A DNA stretch of 64,000 bases from Octopus sinensis (lineage: Eukaryota), in assembly GCF_006345805.1 (NCBI RefSeq), contig NC_043001.1, positions 133,610,001 through 133,674,000 on the forward strand, in the 5' to 3' direction. Below the pieces are notes generated by a model. It was given only the letters and a program-made list of their open reading frames with translations, made no database searches and was not told the DNA's origin. This document shows positions 26,632 to 39,190 of this stretch, in pieces (the first letter of the stretch is position 1; each line of letters starts with the position of its first letter). The translations under genes were made by a program, and so were the position numbers.

Positions 26632-27179
26632 GGAGACAAAGGAAAGTCCAAGAGAAAAGGAAGGCAGAAGCAAAAATCGCCAACAATCCACATGTAGTTA
26701 CATATATATACACGGTGTACGCATTGAGGTTGGGTTAAATTAGAATAACCTATGTATCATACATAACGTATATACACTTTTGGAAGGTAATTTACTATGA
26801 TCTTCGTCCGAGATAAAAAATCTCTTACAAAGGGCTATGCTAAAAATGCAATATGTATCAGAGAGATACAAAAAAATTGTTCCGGCAGATGCATTTCGGC
26901 TTGCCAATGACGTGTGCTGACAAATACATGCCTACACGAAATTTATCACTTCCGATATGGGAGGGAACCAGTGAAAAATATATGTATTGTGGTTGCAAAT
27001 AGTCACAGGCAAGATAGTGCGATCTTCATCCGAGATAAAATCTTTTGTAGATGTGCTGTGTGCAAAAATACAATACATGTCGTAGGGAAACGAAAAATTG
27101 TCCGACAGCGATATCCGTGATTGATTCATTCAGTTTCCATTATCGGAAGTGATAAATTTCGTATAAGTATTATAAGTGG

Positions 27180-27990
27180 CTTATAAGAAATTTGTCACTT
27201 CCTAAGCCTCGAATGACACTGTATAAACCTCGAATGATACTGTATAAATTGACAAGGCTATTGAATTACACAGTATAAACTGGATTGGATTTCTTTTTAA
27301 CCACATACTCCTTTGATGACTTCCTGCGGTTTAGAATCCTCTGAACATATTTTTAATTTACTATGTTTGATGGTATAATTAAGAGAGCTGGGCCCAACAC
27401 TGCATCATGGAGTATAATGATTTTTGCTTGTCTTGAGCAAATTCCATTAAATACAAGTCAGGAAACATTTAATCCACTGATGTCTGATAATTTCTTCAGC
27501 AGAATTCTGTGGTCGATTGAAGTTAACATAAATAACATTTGTATTATAGTCGGCCCCACCCAGGGGACATTTAGGATGCCATCAAAGTGATGGAGGTGCT
27601 GCGTTAGGCTGTCTCTGCCACCATGGAAACCATGTTGGTTGGGATCAAAGAGTTAATTTTCTTTTCCTAATAGGTAATTATTTTTTATTTCACCATGTTC
27701 TGGTGAGATAGGACGGTAATTAACCGCGAGCAATTTATTTTTCTTTTTGAATACTAAGATGACACAGTGGCACGTAAAATGTTCAGGATTAAAACCTGAG
27801 TCTAGCGAATTCCTCCAGAGATTAGCGAGAAGATATGCAAATTTATGTCTGCACTTCTCCAGGAAAATAGCGAGCCCATTGCTGAATTGGGCTAAATTTT
27901 TATAAACAGCTTCAATGTTGTCCTCAGTACAGAAAGTTATACGAGGGAAGTGCTTCATCAATACTGTCGATCGCATCAAGATCACTGAAG
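27180..27990 (-). pseudogene. CR1/L2-like LINE RT remnant
   Basis: FKK...NYRPIS followed by NQHGF..GR..LTQ. Confidence 0.75.
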
Positions 27991-28023
27991 ACAGAACAGT
28001 ATTGCTTCTATAGAATGTCTTTA

Positions 28024-28068
<45 letters not shown>

Positions 28069-28122
28069 ATATATATATGAATAAATGAAAGAATGGAGTC
28101 GAACGAAGATGTTAACAAATTT

Positions 28123-28215
28123 CCTTTACTCTCGACATATGTTTCGAAGATAACATGGTTTCATTCCAAAGGAATAAAGGGTGCATTATGCAATCTTCTC
28201 ATCAGGAAAGAAAGG
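28123..28215 (-). ncRNA. Type I hammerhead ribozyme candidate (family H2)
   Basis: CUGAUGA, stem II GAAGAU/AUCUUC, GAAAC-AUAU-GUC, 10-bp stem I with one bulge. Confidence 0.75.
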
Positions 28216-28721
28216 GAGCCTCTCTCGACAACAAGACAAACAAAAATTTCGATGACTGCCTACATGGTGAACAAAACGATAATGAGTGTTTTTAAAAAAA
28301 CCGTTAGAAGAATTGATGTCAAAGATAGATAGTAGGAAGAGAAGGGTTAAAGGAATAATAGGTAGGGAACAAGTGGAGAGGGAAGGGTACGTTGATTGAA
28401 AGAATGTTCGAAGGCTTAGGAAAGAATTTCGCTATTGAAGTGGGGTGGACGTGAAGCTAATTGTTCAAACCACAGTGACTATCGTTATCATTTATATGAG
28501 TAGAAAGTATGTTTCTGCCAGTGTTTACATTTGTATGATTTCTCTATGAGTGTGTTTACAAGGTTCCCCTTTTGTTAACATCTTCGTTCGACTCCATTCC
28601 TCCTTTTATTCATATACAACACACAATTTTTCTATGAGTGTGTTTACAAGGTTCCCCTTGTAACACACTCGGTTCAACGAATTTTCCATGCTGACGATAA
28701 ACATAGGATCATTCATTCACC

Positions 28722-28766
<45 letters not shown>

Positions 28767-28775
28767 CATACACAC

Positions 28776-28812
<37 letters not shown>

Positions 28813-28879
28813 TTTCAGCTCAGAGCTGCGGCTATGCTGATGCACCGCCGTTATATATATATATATATATATATATATA

Positions 28880-30125
28880 ACAGGCGTTCAATCAATTTCT
28901 TTATTAACCATGAGGTTCAGAAAAAGAGGGGTCGATACGAGGACAGACAAAACAATCATTGAGGTCGGGGGAGCGAATGAGACGAAACGTATGAATAAAC
29001 AAACAATTAAAATATATACAATTAAATGAGAATGAGTGATTAACAAAAAATGAAGCGGAGGACGTGGTCGACCCCACAAACCACATACTCACACTGAAGA
29101 CTTTGCTTTCTCCTTTTTTACATTCTCGTTTAAACAGGTTCTTTAACTCGCAACATACTTGCTATAGACTTCCATCTTTTACGAAACACACTTTGCGGCA
29201 GGTATTTCTTCTCCAGCCTTATTTTCCGTTTCATGTGGAAAACGAAAAAGTCGATTAGCTCGAGACTGGAGATAAACATACCTGTTGCAATTCCTTTCAC
29301 TCTCGTCTTCCACACTACTTCTTTCGCCATAGCAACAACCGAGAGAAAACAGGCTCGCTCCTCCCTATTCATGGAGGACGGCGGAACGACCTTAATTACA
29401 GATTCGCTCGACAGTTGTACTCTTCTTGAATGCGACAGCAGGTGTTCGATATAAGCCCAGAGTTCAGTCACTGTGGGGAATTGCACAATCGCGTGTAGGA
29501 CAGTTTCACTGTCCTGCTCGTATCTTGCACAAACCGGCGAAGGCGCACACCCATGTCTAAAGAGCTTATCTCGAACCGGTAAAGCTCATCTGTAACATTA
29601 CCAGGCCAGGGACATTTGGTAATTATCCATGGGCCCCAGCCCGAATGTTCTCTAGAATAGGTTGGCCAGTTGATCTTCGTCGAAGCCTAGGATTTCTCTC
29701 AGGACGTCGTCACACTTGAACTCTACTAACCCTTTATAGAAGAACGAGGCAGTACCCCTGCCACCGGCGTTGCCCGACTGGGAGAGAAGCACGAGCGCCT
29801 GATAGTACTCTGTATGCTACATGCTCAACTTCGGTCTACGCTTGATCCATGGGTTCAGTTCTGTTAACGATTTAAACTGTGGAAATAACAGCTTGACGAA
29901 CGGAGACCACACCTGCTCACCGTCCAAGTAAAGCCAGAGGTGCCTAAGCCTCAGCGCATGTCTGCGCATTTTTAGCCACGGAATCCCTAGCCCACCCTTC
30001 AGCGGCTTTTGGCAGCAGATAGAGCGCCTTACAAGAGGTCTGGTGCCCCTCCACAACAAGCGAAAGAGCATGCGTTCCAGCTTGTTCAGCCATGAATCGG
30101 GGCAAGGCACGACGATCAGGCCCCA
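28880..30125 (-). mobile_element. L1/Tx1-clade LINE 3' fragment, same family as 8245-9050
   Basis: FRLLW..GGLG post-RT motif plus zf-RVT region; high identity to the 8245 copy. Confidence 0.88.
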
Positions 30126-30142
30126 TTATATATATATATATA

Positions 30143-30780
30143 CTAGCAGTATCGCCCGGCGTTGCTCGGGTTTGTAAGGGAAATAACTATATAAGCATTT
30201 TTAGAGAGTTATAGCCAAAAAAAATAGAAAAAATGCATTAAAAATGGAAAAAATATATGATGGTAAATTTTTTTTAAATCGTTGACTCATCGTAGACATT
30301 TTTAGAGAGTTACTTCCCTTATAATAGCGAAAAAATGCATTAAAATGGGAAAAAAACGATGGTAAATTTTTTTTTAAATCGTTAGACTCATGTAGACGCT
30401 TTCTTAGCCATTTCTGTTTTGGTGTCTTCAAGCCATGAAGTCGTTGTTCTAAAAGAACACTGGTCTCCTTGACAACGCATTACGACGTTGATTTCCTTAC
30501 ACTCCCTTCCCCACAGGTGCAGGTGTGAGCGTGGACGCCAACTCCGCCGCCATCGACACACGAAAAATTATGCATTAAAATGGAATAAAAAAATGATTGT
30601 TAAATTATTTTTAAAATCGTAGACTCATCGTAAACGCGCGTAATATTCAGACGGGCTCGATATGAATCACGACTATAAGCTACCCGAATTTGGTTAAACT
30701 GTACCGCAAAATGTGGAGTAGTTAGGAATCTAAATCGAAGGGGACAGACACTCACACAACTACAGTTTTATATATATAGA
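30143..30780 (-). mobile_element. Non-autonomous Helitron-like element
   Basis: On the minus strand: 5' TC, 3' CCCG..CGGG hairpin then CTAG, inserted between A and T. Confidence 0.75.
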
Positions 30781-30849
30781 TATACATAGCGCAGTAGTGG
30801 TGAGATATGACAGCAAAGAAAAGCATACATTCACTCTCTGCATGCAATT

Positions 30850-31125
30850 AGACTCGGAAAGTTCGTGAGGAACCCATTGACCCAATTTGCTGACTTTTCA
30901 GTTCCTCAAAGGTTACGATGATATTTTGTTCCACCAGGGTTTTCAGGATGTCCTTGTCGAGTTCTACAGATCTTTCAGGATGAGGCTCGTCTTCTAGGCT
31001 GTAGTTTACAGCTCGGGATTTCTGGAACCACCATTGACACTGCCTTACGCTTATTGTCCAATCCCCATATACTGCATTAATATTTCTTGTACTTTGCACA
31101 CATTTATATTCTGTTATTCTTTTAT
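30850..31125 (-). mobile_element. Mariner transposase N-terminal remnant
   Basis: RNINAVYGDWTISVRQCQWWFQKSRAVNYSLEDEPHPERS (HTH region). Confidence 0.8.
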
Positions 31126-32160
31126 ATGTTTCAGCCTTGAGGTTGTGGCCATGCTGGATCATGGATCATGTGTGTGTGTGTGTGGTGTGTGTGTGTGGGT
31201 CTATCTGTCTGTCTGTCTGTATGTATATATGTATATGTATGTGTGTGAACAATAATATTTTCAACAGATGTGTGCAAATGTATCTGATTGTTCTCAAGCT
31301 TCAATACTGTGTGTGTGTGTGTATGTGTGTGTGGTATGTATGTATGATGTATATGTATGTATGTATGTATATGTACGTATGTATGTATGTGTGTATGTAT
31401 GTATGTGTGTGGTATGTATGTGTGTGTGTATGTGTGTGTGTGGTATGTATGTATGTATGTATGTAGATGTATGTATGTATGTATGAGTGTATGTTTACTT
31501 TATTACTAATACTCTCTTCAAAACTTTTCACTCACTCTAGCTCTAGCTTCCCATACATTTTACTCATGTATCTATCAGCGTCATAGACAGAATACTTTCA
31601 CTTTAGTCTTCCTCAAATCACTCTGTCGCTATTACTTTCATTTTATTCGTTGCCCACTGTGTGTGTGCGTTTGCGTGGTGGTGTAAACCAGACTAAGAAA
31701 AGCATTTGACACACACACCAGAATGTGAGTTTTCTGTAAATGTTGCTTAATTGGAGTTAAATTTTAAAAAACTGGACCTGGCATGACGCGATGCATTGTA
31801 CTCTCAAAAATGCTAGGTAAATTGTAATTGAAGAAATCCTATATTGTAGATTTCTATAACTCCCAAAGGGAGGCAGATAAAATCTGCCTTTTATAATAAG
31901 TTGGTAGAAACGTTAGCACGCCGGGCGAAATTCGTCTGTCGTTACGTTCCGAGTTCAAATTCCGCCGAGGTCGACTTGCCTTTCAATCCTTTCGGGGTCG
32001 ATAAATTAAGTACCAGTTACGCACTGGGGTCGATGTAGTCGACTTAATCCCTTTGTCTGTCCTTGTTTGTCCCCTTGTGTTTAGCCCCTTGTGGGCAGTA
32101 AAGAAATATATATATATTATATATATATATATATATATATCTATATATATATATATATAT

Positions 32161-32500
32161 ATATCAGCACATGTGGGCACGGGACGTCATGAAAGGTATA
32201 CAACAAAAAGTACGAAGCACGAATACATGGAACACGAACTATTCTTTCGAACAACGAAAGACACAAATGGAAAACCAATGCAAACACAAAGAACGACCTT
32301 TCATCAGTTGCTGGCTGTTTTTCTAGTCTCATATTTCGAACAACCAACAACTGATGAAAGGTCGTTCTTTGTGTTCTTTGTTTTGTTTTCCATTTATGTC
32401 TTTCGTTGTTCGAAAGAATAGTTCGTGTTCCATGTATTCGTGGTTCGTACTTTTTGTTGTACACGTTTCATGACGTCCCGTGCCCACATATGCTTATATA
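32161..32500. repeat. ~340-bp foldback palindrome (MITE-like) inside a (TA)n tract
   Basis: ~150-bp arms in near-perfect reverse complement around a ~30-nt loop. Confidence 0.85.
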
Positions 32501-32850
32501 TATATATATAATATACATATAGTTGTAAATACATATACGTATGTATATATGCATATATATAATTCTTATATTATATTACATACTATATAATATATATATA
32601 TATATATATATAATATATATAATATAACTACAAAATTAGAAAATGGAGAAACATACTTAAATCAATCAAACATCAACCATCAGATGATACCCAATCAATA
32701 CTTTATTACACCATTACATAACAGCAAGGCATTATACACAATAGATTGTAATATATTAGAAACAAGGAAATAGAAATATAAAATAAATATAATTATATAA
32801 TTATATAAATATATTATATATATATATATAGATATATATATGATATATAT

Positions 32851-32884
<34 letters not shown>

Positions 32885-33353
32885 TTAGATATAGACACAC
32901 ACCACACACACCACACATATATATATGTACAACGTCCGTCTTTACGTTCTGAGTTCGAATTCCGGCAAGGTTGACTTTGCTTTTTTACAACCATATAACA
33001 TTTATCCTGACCAAACTCCAACCCTACATCCTTTTAGAATGTATGTATGTATGTATGTATGTATGTATGTATGTATGTATGTATGTATGTATGTATGTAT
33101 GTATGTATGTATGTATGTGTGTTTGTATGTATGTATGTATGTATGTGTGTATACTATATATATATATACACACCACGCACACACAAACATATTGTTGTCT
33201 TAGGAAGCATTATATTTCCGTCGTACATCTTTTCCTTTTAGGGAATAACATTTTTTTTTTATTTTGCTTTGTTTTCTCTCATCTCTCACCCCTCTCACAC
33301 CGTTGAAACCAAACTGGTTTAAGTGCAAAAGGGTGTTCATAAGAACGACACGT

Positions 33354-33453
33354 NNNNNNNNNNNNNNNNNNNNNNNNNNNNNNNNNNNNNNNNNNNNNNN
33401 NNNNNNNNNNNNNNNNNNNNNNNNNNNNNNNNNNNNNNNNNNNNNNNNNNNNN
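33354..33453. other. Assembly gap (100 N)
   Basis: Run of exactly 100 N. Confidence 0.99.
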
Positions 33454-33867
33454 GATTAAGTTTATAACCTTTTGCACGCTTTCCCGCTACGTCTGTGCGT
33501 TGGTGTCACGTTATAGTATATTTTGCGCCTAAAATAAAGGCCAACACGATTAAGTGAATATCAAGGAACTCCTGCCCCAATTGCAGGGCCTGCATCAACC
33601 TTATTGAAGACACATCATACAAATTCAAATCAGGACAGATTTTTACCGTAATGCATCACTACAAACACTTGGCAGAAAACAGTCAGTCGCTGATTTTGCA
33701 CCAAGCTAAAAAGCTAGTCCTAAAATCTCTCTAGGAGATAATCACAGTTGTTGTACTAGCAAGTAATGTTCGTAGCCACGTCAACATGGCTGTTCCATTC
33801 TGAAGGACTTTACTGCGATTTTTAAGCCTCCAGCTAGTTAACAATGCACACCTGCATCCGATATATT

Positions 33868-33915
33868 CAGTACTGAAGAGAGGCAGAAATAGCCCGAAAC
33901 CAGACTGGTATGCTT
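33868..33915 (+). ncRNA. Type I hammerhead candidate (family H5, unit 1)
   Basis: CAGUA-CUGAAGA-GAGGC..GCCC-GAAAC-CAGACUG-GUA-UGCU. Confidence 0.7.
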
Positions 33916-34226
33916 GTCCCGTCGCTAAACGGTGGTAGGGGTTTTTGTTCCCCTGTTCGCAGTATATTGGATGCAGCTGTGCATCGTTAACCACCGAGAG
34001 GAGATATCCTCTTGCGCTTAAAAAATCGCAGTAAAGTCCGTTCGAATAGAGCATCCAAGTTGAAGTGGCTATGAATATTACTTGCTAGTATAACAACTGC
34101 GATTATCTCCTAGAGAGATTTTAGAACTAGTTCTTTAGTTTGTTGCAAAATCAGCGACTAAGGGTCACTTGAATTCATATGTTACGAGCAGAGGTGAGAT
34201 ACTGCCATCTCTAGCAGACGAGGTGT

Positions 34227-34276
34227 CCAGTACTGAAGAGAAGCATAAATAGCCCGAAACCAGACTGGTTTGCTGG
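34227..34276 (+). ncRNA. Type I hammerhead candidate (family H5, unit 2)
   Basis: 6-bp stem I CCAGUA/UGCUGG, intact core, GUU triplet, weaker stem II. Confidence 0.65.
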
Positions 34277-34647
34277 TCCCGTCGCTAGATGGTGGAATGG
34301 GGTTCGTTCCCTTGTTCGCAATATATCGGAAGCAGTGGCGCATCGTTAACCAGCTAGAAGAGATGTCCCCTACCGCTTAAAAAATTGCAGTAAAGTCCGT
34401 TCGAGTGGAACAGCCATGTTGAAGTGGCTACGAACATAACTTGCTATAAACACACACACACACACACACACACACACGACGAACCCCTCTAAGTGTCCGT
34501 CAGCCAAATACATCCCCAAGCTTGGTCGGCCCAAAGTGCCACCCAGTGAGACTGATCCTGGAACCATGTGTCAGGAAGCAAACTTTTTACCACACAGCCA
34601 CGCCTGCATCTTCACAGTGTGTCTGTGCGTGTGTGTGTGTATGCACG

Positions 34648-34678
<31 letters not shown>

Positions 34679-36000
34679 TATACAATTCAGTTCTGTTGTT
34701 AACACAGGGTTTTGTCTTGCTAATGATGATGGCTTCTTTTAATCTCAGGTTCCCAATGTTGCGTCCCGGGACATCAATGGAGGCCTTAATGTCTTGAGTG
34801 TTGCCTTTCTCCAGATGTTCTTTAGGCAGAAGAAGCATAACTATAAAGAAATTCGGGGTCGAAAAATCAAGTACCAGTTGCATACTGGGGTCGATCTAAT
34901 TGACTGGCCCTCTCCCCACAAAAATTTCAGGACTTGTGCCTATAGTAAAAAAGTATATTGCGACAGTTACAGAATATAGAAAGAAGGGTAAAACCAATAA
35001 CTATATAATCCAACCAAAATATCTCAGTTACACAAACGTAAACGGAATTACTATTTAGCCTTAAAATACATCGTACATATTCAAAGAACCCTCTTGGTTT
35101 AGTGGTACGGAACGTTTTTCTCGTATTCTTTTATTCTTTTACTTGTTTCAATTATTTTACGGTGGCCATGCTGAAGAACCAACCAAATTTCTCTTATACT
35201 ATGCTCTTGTTAGTATTAAGAAAAGGGAAAAAATAGAATTAATATCTTTGATTTTGTTCGGCTCTATGAATTTAATTTTTTTTATGCTTTCATCTATTTT
35301 CATCTATAAAAAAATTGGCAAAATCCTGACCAAAACAAGGAAATTGTAACTTAACAAAAATATAGAAAGAGAAAGAAAAAGTTGTATTCGAAAGCCAAAC
35401 GATATTTTTTTTAATGAGATGTAATTTTATAATTCAAGCAAATTCAAAATTTAAATTTCGGAACTTAACATGTTATCTGGTGTACGGACGAACTGAAATG
35501 GATAGAAAACCTACAACAAATGTGTGTGTACGGTGTGTGTGTGATTGGGTCTTTAATAACCAGGGGTCAATTTCAGTTCAATCGTAGAAAGGAATTCAAA
35601 GGAATTCAGCCACTCCTTCTCTCTCTCTCTTTCTTTCTCACTTCTCTCCTTGCTCGACACACGCATCAAATTTAATTATCTTAATTTTCCCATTCAGATC
35701 GTTCGTGGTTTCAAATCTCTTCCAAAATTACAAGAGGTCTAGTTAAGAATTTTTATTCAAGTAACAAAATTTCTTTCAACAATATCTTTCTTTTAAGCGT
35801 GACGCTCGCGTCATGTACGTACAAAAAATAAATTGGCGTATTAATATTCTGATTATAGCTGTATATATAACAACCCCATAGTAATATTTTCTTTATTCTC
35901 ATTTTACATTACCTTATTTCCTTTTTTATATATCTTAGTATAGCAACTTTAATAGGTTTACTTTTATAAAAATATTTTAAAAAGAGAATTTTTTTAGTAT

Positions 36001-36213
36001 ACTCTTTACTCTTATACTTGTTTCAGTCATTTGACTGCGGCCATGCTGGAGCACCGCCTTTAATCGAGCAACTCGACCCCGGGACTTATTCTTTTGTAAG
36101 CCCAGTACTTATTCTATCGGTCTCTTTTGCCGAACCGCTAAGTAACGGGGACATAAACACACCAGCATCGGTTGTCAAGCAATGCTTGGGGGACACACAC
36201 AATACACACACGC

Positions 36214-36274
<61 letters not shown>

Positions 36275-36888
36275 TAGTTATCGCCATACTAATATGGCAT
36301 TCTTATAAAAAAATAATAAAAAAGCTGTCCGCTTATTAGCTCCATGAGGCCATCGCCTTAAGTTAGCTATTTGATACACAAACTGTATCCATATAACCTT
36401 CGAACAAGGGAGGTCAGTCGCTCACACTACTTGACCGGCAGCTACAGACGCGTTTCAGGTATTGCCCCTTTTCAATGCAGCGTAGCCAGCCAGTAGGTGT
36501 CGCTTCCGACAATCTCTGTTCGATGGTTTTATTTACCTAGTTTCGGTGGAATACATCCACTTGTTTTCAATAATAGAAATATTAAAATAACTAAGTCTCT
36601 CTAAAGAGAACAGCGGCAGCGTTCCCGGAAAATAATATTTATCGCCATACTAATATGGCATTCTTATAAAAATAAGAAAAAAGCTGTCCGCTTATTAGCT
36701 CCATGAGGCCATCGCCTTAAGTTAGCTATTTGATACACAAACTGTATCCATATAACCTTCGAACAAGGGAGGTCAGTCGCTCCACACTTCTTGACCGGCA
36801 GCTACAGACGCGTTTCAGGGTATTGCCCATTTTCAATAGTAGAAGACACTTGCCCAAGCTACTTACCACACAGCCACTCCTGCGCCTA
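36001..36888 (-). mobile_element. SINE family B split by a hammerhead-bearing insert in its internal TA tract
   Basis: 3' half at 36001-36200, 5' remnant at 36838-36888. Confidence 0.75.
36441..36481 (-). ncRNA. Hammerhead-like motif with U3:A8 core (family H6); second copy at 36801-36837
   Basis: GCUGCA-UUGAAAA-GGGGCAAUACCU-GAAAC-GC-GUC-UGUAGC. Confidence 0.5.
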
Positions 36889-36989
36889 TAAATGTTTTTC
36901 TTATAATTTTTTTATTTATTATAGGCTATATTAAATCTCTGGGTGATATATAAACAGTAGTAATACGGAATCGTAACATACAATTGCCA

Positions 36990-37600
36990 ACCAAGTGTGG
37001 CGCCCTATACGGGACAGTGCTACTGACGTTTGCCCCAGAAGACATCTTTTCTAGCTGGCTAACGACTTACATTCTGTGTCCGATTAGTATTTGCGAGGGG
37101 AGATCATCGCTCCGATCTCTAGCCTTACGTGATACACACGGTTCGAGTTTCACAGTTGGTTGGAGTCGTTTCAAATCAAATTCTTGATTGGGAAGGCTCC
37201 AGACACAAACACGTTCACTGTCTGAAAATAATGCAAATCTGGATTCATCTGAGAAAATCACTCTATCCCAAAATAAACTGGAGTTTTCTGACATCTCCTT
37301 AGCCCATTTTTTTATTTCCATGATATTAATTGGTTGAAGGAGAGGTTTTCTTCTAGCTGATCGTCCAGAATACCCGGGGCTTATGCAGATATGTAACACA
37401 TGTTCTTGGACAAACTTCTAGCTGTTTTGCAATGCCAGAAGCCTTCAAATGGGGTTCGTTTTCTACAATTCTCTTCAAACAGCGAAGCTTCCTTTCCGAG
37501 GTCCCAGGTCGACCGGGACGAGAATCTGTTGATTCTTTTCCTTGGTTTTTGAATGCATTAATGATTCGTCCTCAGCGTATGTTAATCACCAGCTAGTGAT
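36990..37600 (-). mobile_element. Tc1 transposase remnant
   Basis: [20 protein letters not shown] motif. Confidence 0.8.
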
Positions 37601-38101
37601 GAAAACTCATGCCATATTTTGCTCAAACGGTAAACTAAGGTTAAAACTTTCTCCTTCAATTTATCCAACCCACAATCCTTTAAGAGGTATTCATTTTAAC
37701 AGTTCATTTTGTTTGCTTTAAGATGACAATCAAAATAAGCTTTATCAGCCATCCCTATCCCCTCCTTTCTTTCTATTATCACCATTCTCCCATCAGACAT
37801 TCTCGTTTACCATCCCATGACCTACCCTTTGGGTGGTTGATATGGCCGGATGTAAAGTTCCATTTTCTTAGATAGCCGAACGGTCTGTCACGATACTAAT
37901 TAATCTATTTTTAGATGTTTTGAAGACTGCATTCTCCCTACTGTCTTCGATGTGTAGATAAAGGGGTCTCTAATCTCATTCACCACCACCACTCTAGCCT
38001 ATGCTAATTTCAGGCTTGTCTGTCGCTGTACTGTCCTTCTTTCATTCTGCCCAAAAAGTTAACAGCGGAATCTTTGTAAATATTTGCTCTCCATTGATGA
38101 T

Positions 38102-38278
38102 ATAGGCGCAGGAGTGGCTGTGTGGTAAGTAGCTTGCTTACCAACCACATGGTTTCGGGTTCAGTCCCACTGCGTGGAACCTTGGGCAAGTGTCCTCTAC
38201 TATAGCCTCGGGCTGACCAAAGCCTTGTGAGTGGATTTGGAAGACGGAAACTGAAAGAAGCCCGTCGTATATATGTAT

Positions 38279-38324
<46 letters not shown>

Positions 38325-38745
38325 AATATATATATATATTATATATATAGGAGTGGCTGTGTGGTAAGTAGGTTGCTTACCAACCACATGGTTCCGGGTT
38401 CAGTCCCACTGCGTGGCACCTTGGGCAAGTGTCTTCTACTATAGCCTTGTGACCAAAGCCTTGTGAGTGGATTTGGTAGATGGAAACTGAAAGAAGCCCG
38501 TCGTATATATGTATACGTATATATATGTATGTGTGTGTTTGTGTGTGTCTGTGTCTGTCCCCCCCCCAACATCGCTTGACAACCGATGGTGGCGTGTTTA
38601 CGTCCCCGTAACTTAGCGGTTCGGCAAAAAGAGACCGATAGATTAAGTATATATAGGCTTACAAAGAATAAATCCTGTGGTCGATTTGTTCGACGAAAGG
38701 CGGTGCTCCAGCATGGCCACAGTCACATGAAACAAGTAAAAGATA
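38102..38745 (+). mobile_element. Two head-to-tail family B SINE segments
   Basis: Head+CORE at 38102-38270 and again at 38347-38505, with a single 3' half to about 38745. Confidence 0.8.
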
Positions 38746-39095
38746 TGAATATGTTTAAATATCTAACTTGTCCTTTGTGCTTGAGGTATCCGCAGTCTTC
38801 TGATAAGAGCGGTATTTCTTTGTAATGATGTAATGCTTCCGTTGATCAATTAAAGGAGTCGCTCGAAATAGCCGTAATGAACTGACACTTATACATCTTT
38901 GTTACTACGAAACTGTAATGGTAGTGGTAGTAATAGTAGCAATAGAAAAGTCATCGCAAAGGAATTGTGATACAGGTGGCTTTTATCCTGTTACACAAAA
39001 TTATCATGAATACTGTTAATGTTGGTAATACCTCCCACACACACTATATAATATATATATGAAAGAATGGAGTCGAACGACGATTTAACAAAATT

Positions 39096-39190
39096 CCTTT
39101 ATTCTCGACATATGTTTCGAAGACTGTATATTTTCAATTCCGAAGGAATAAAGGGTGCATTATGCCACCTTCTCATCAGGAAAAACAAGG
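39096..39190 (-). ncRNA. Type I hammerhead ribozyme candidate (family H2)
   Basis: Same intact core; stem II GAAGGU/GUCUUC; GUC triplet. Confidence 0.7.
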
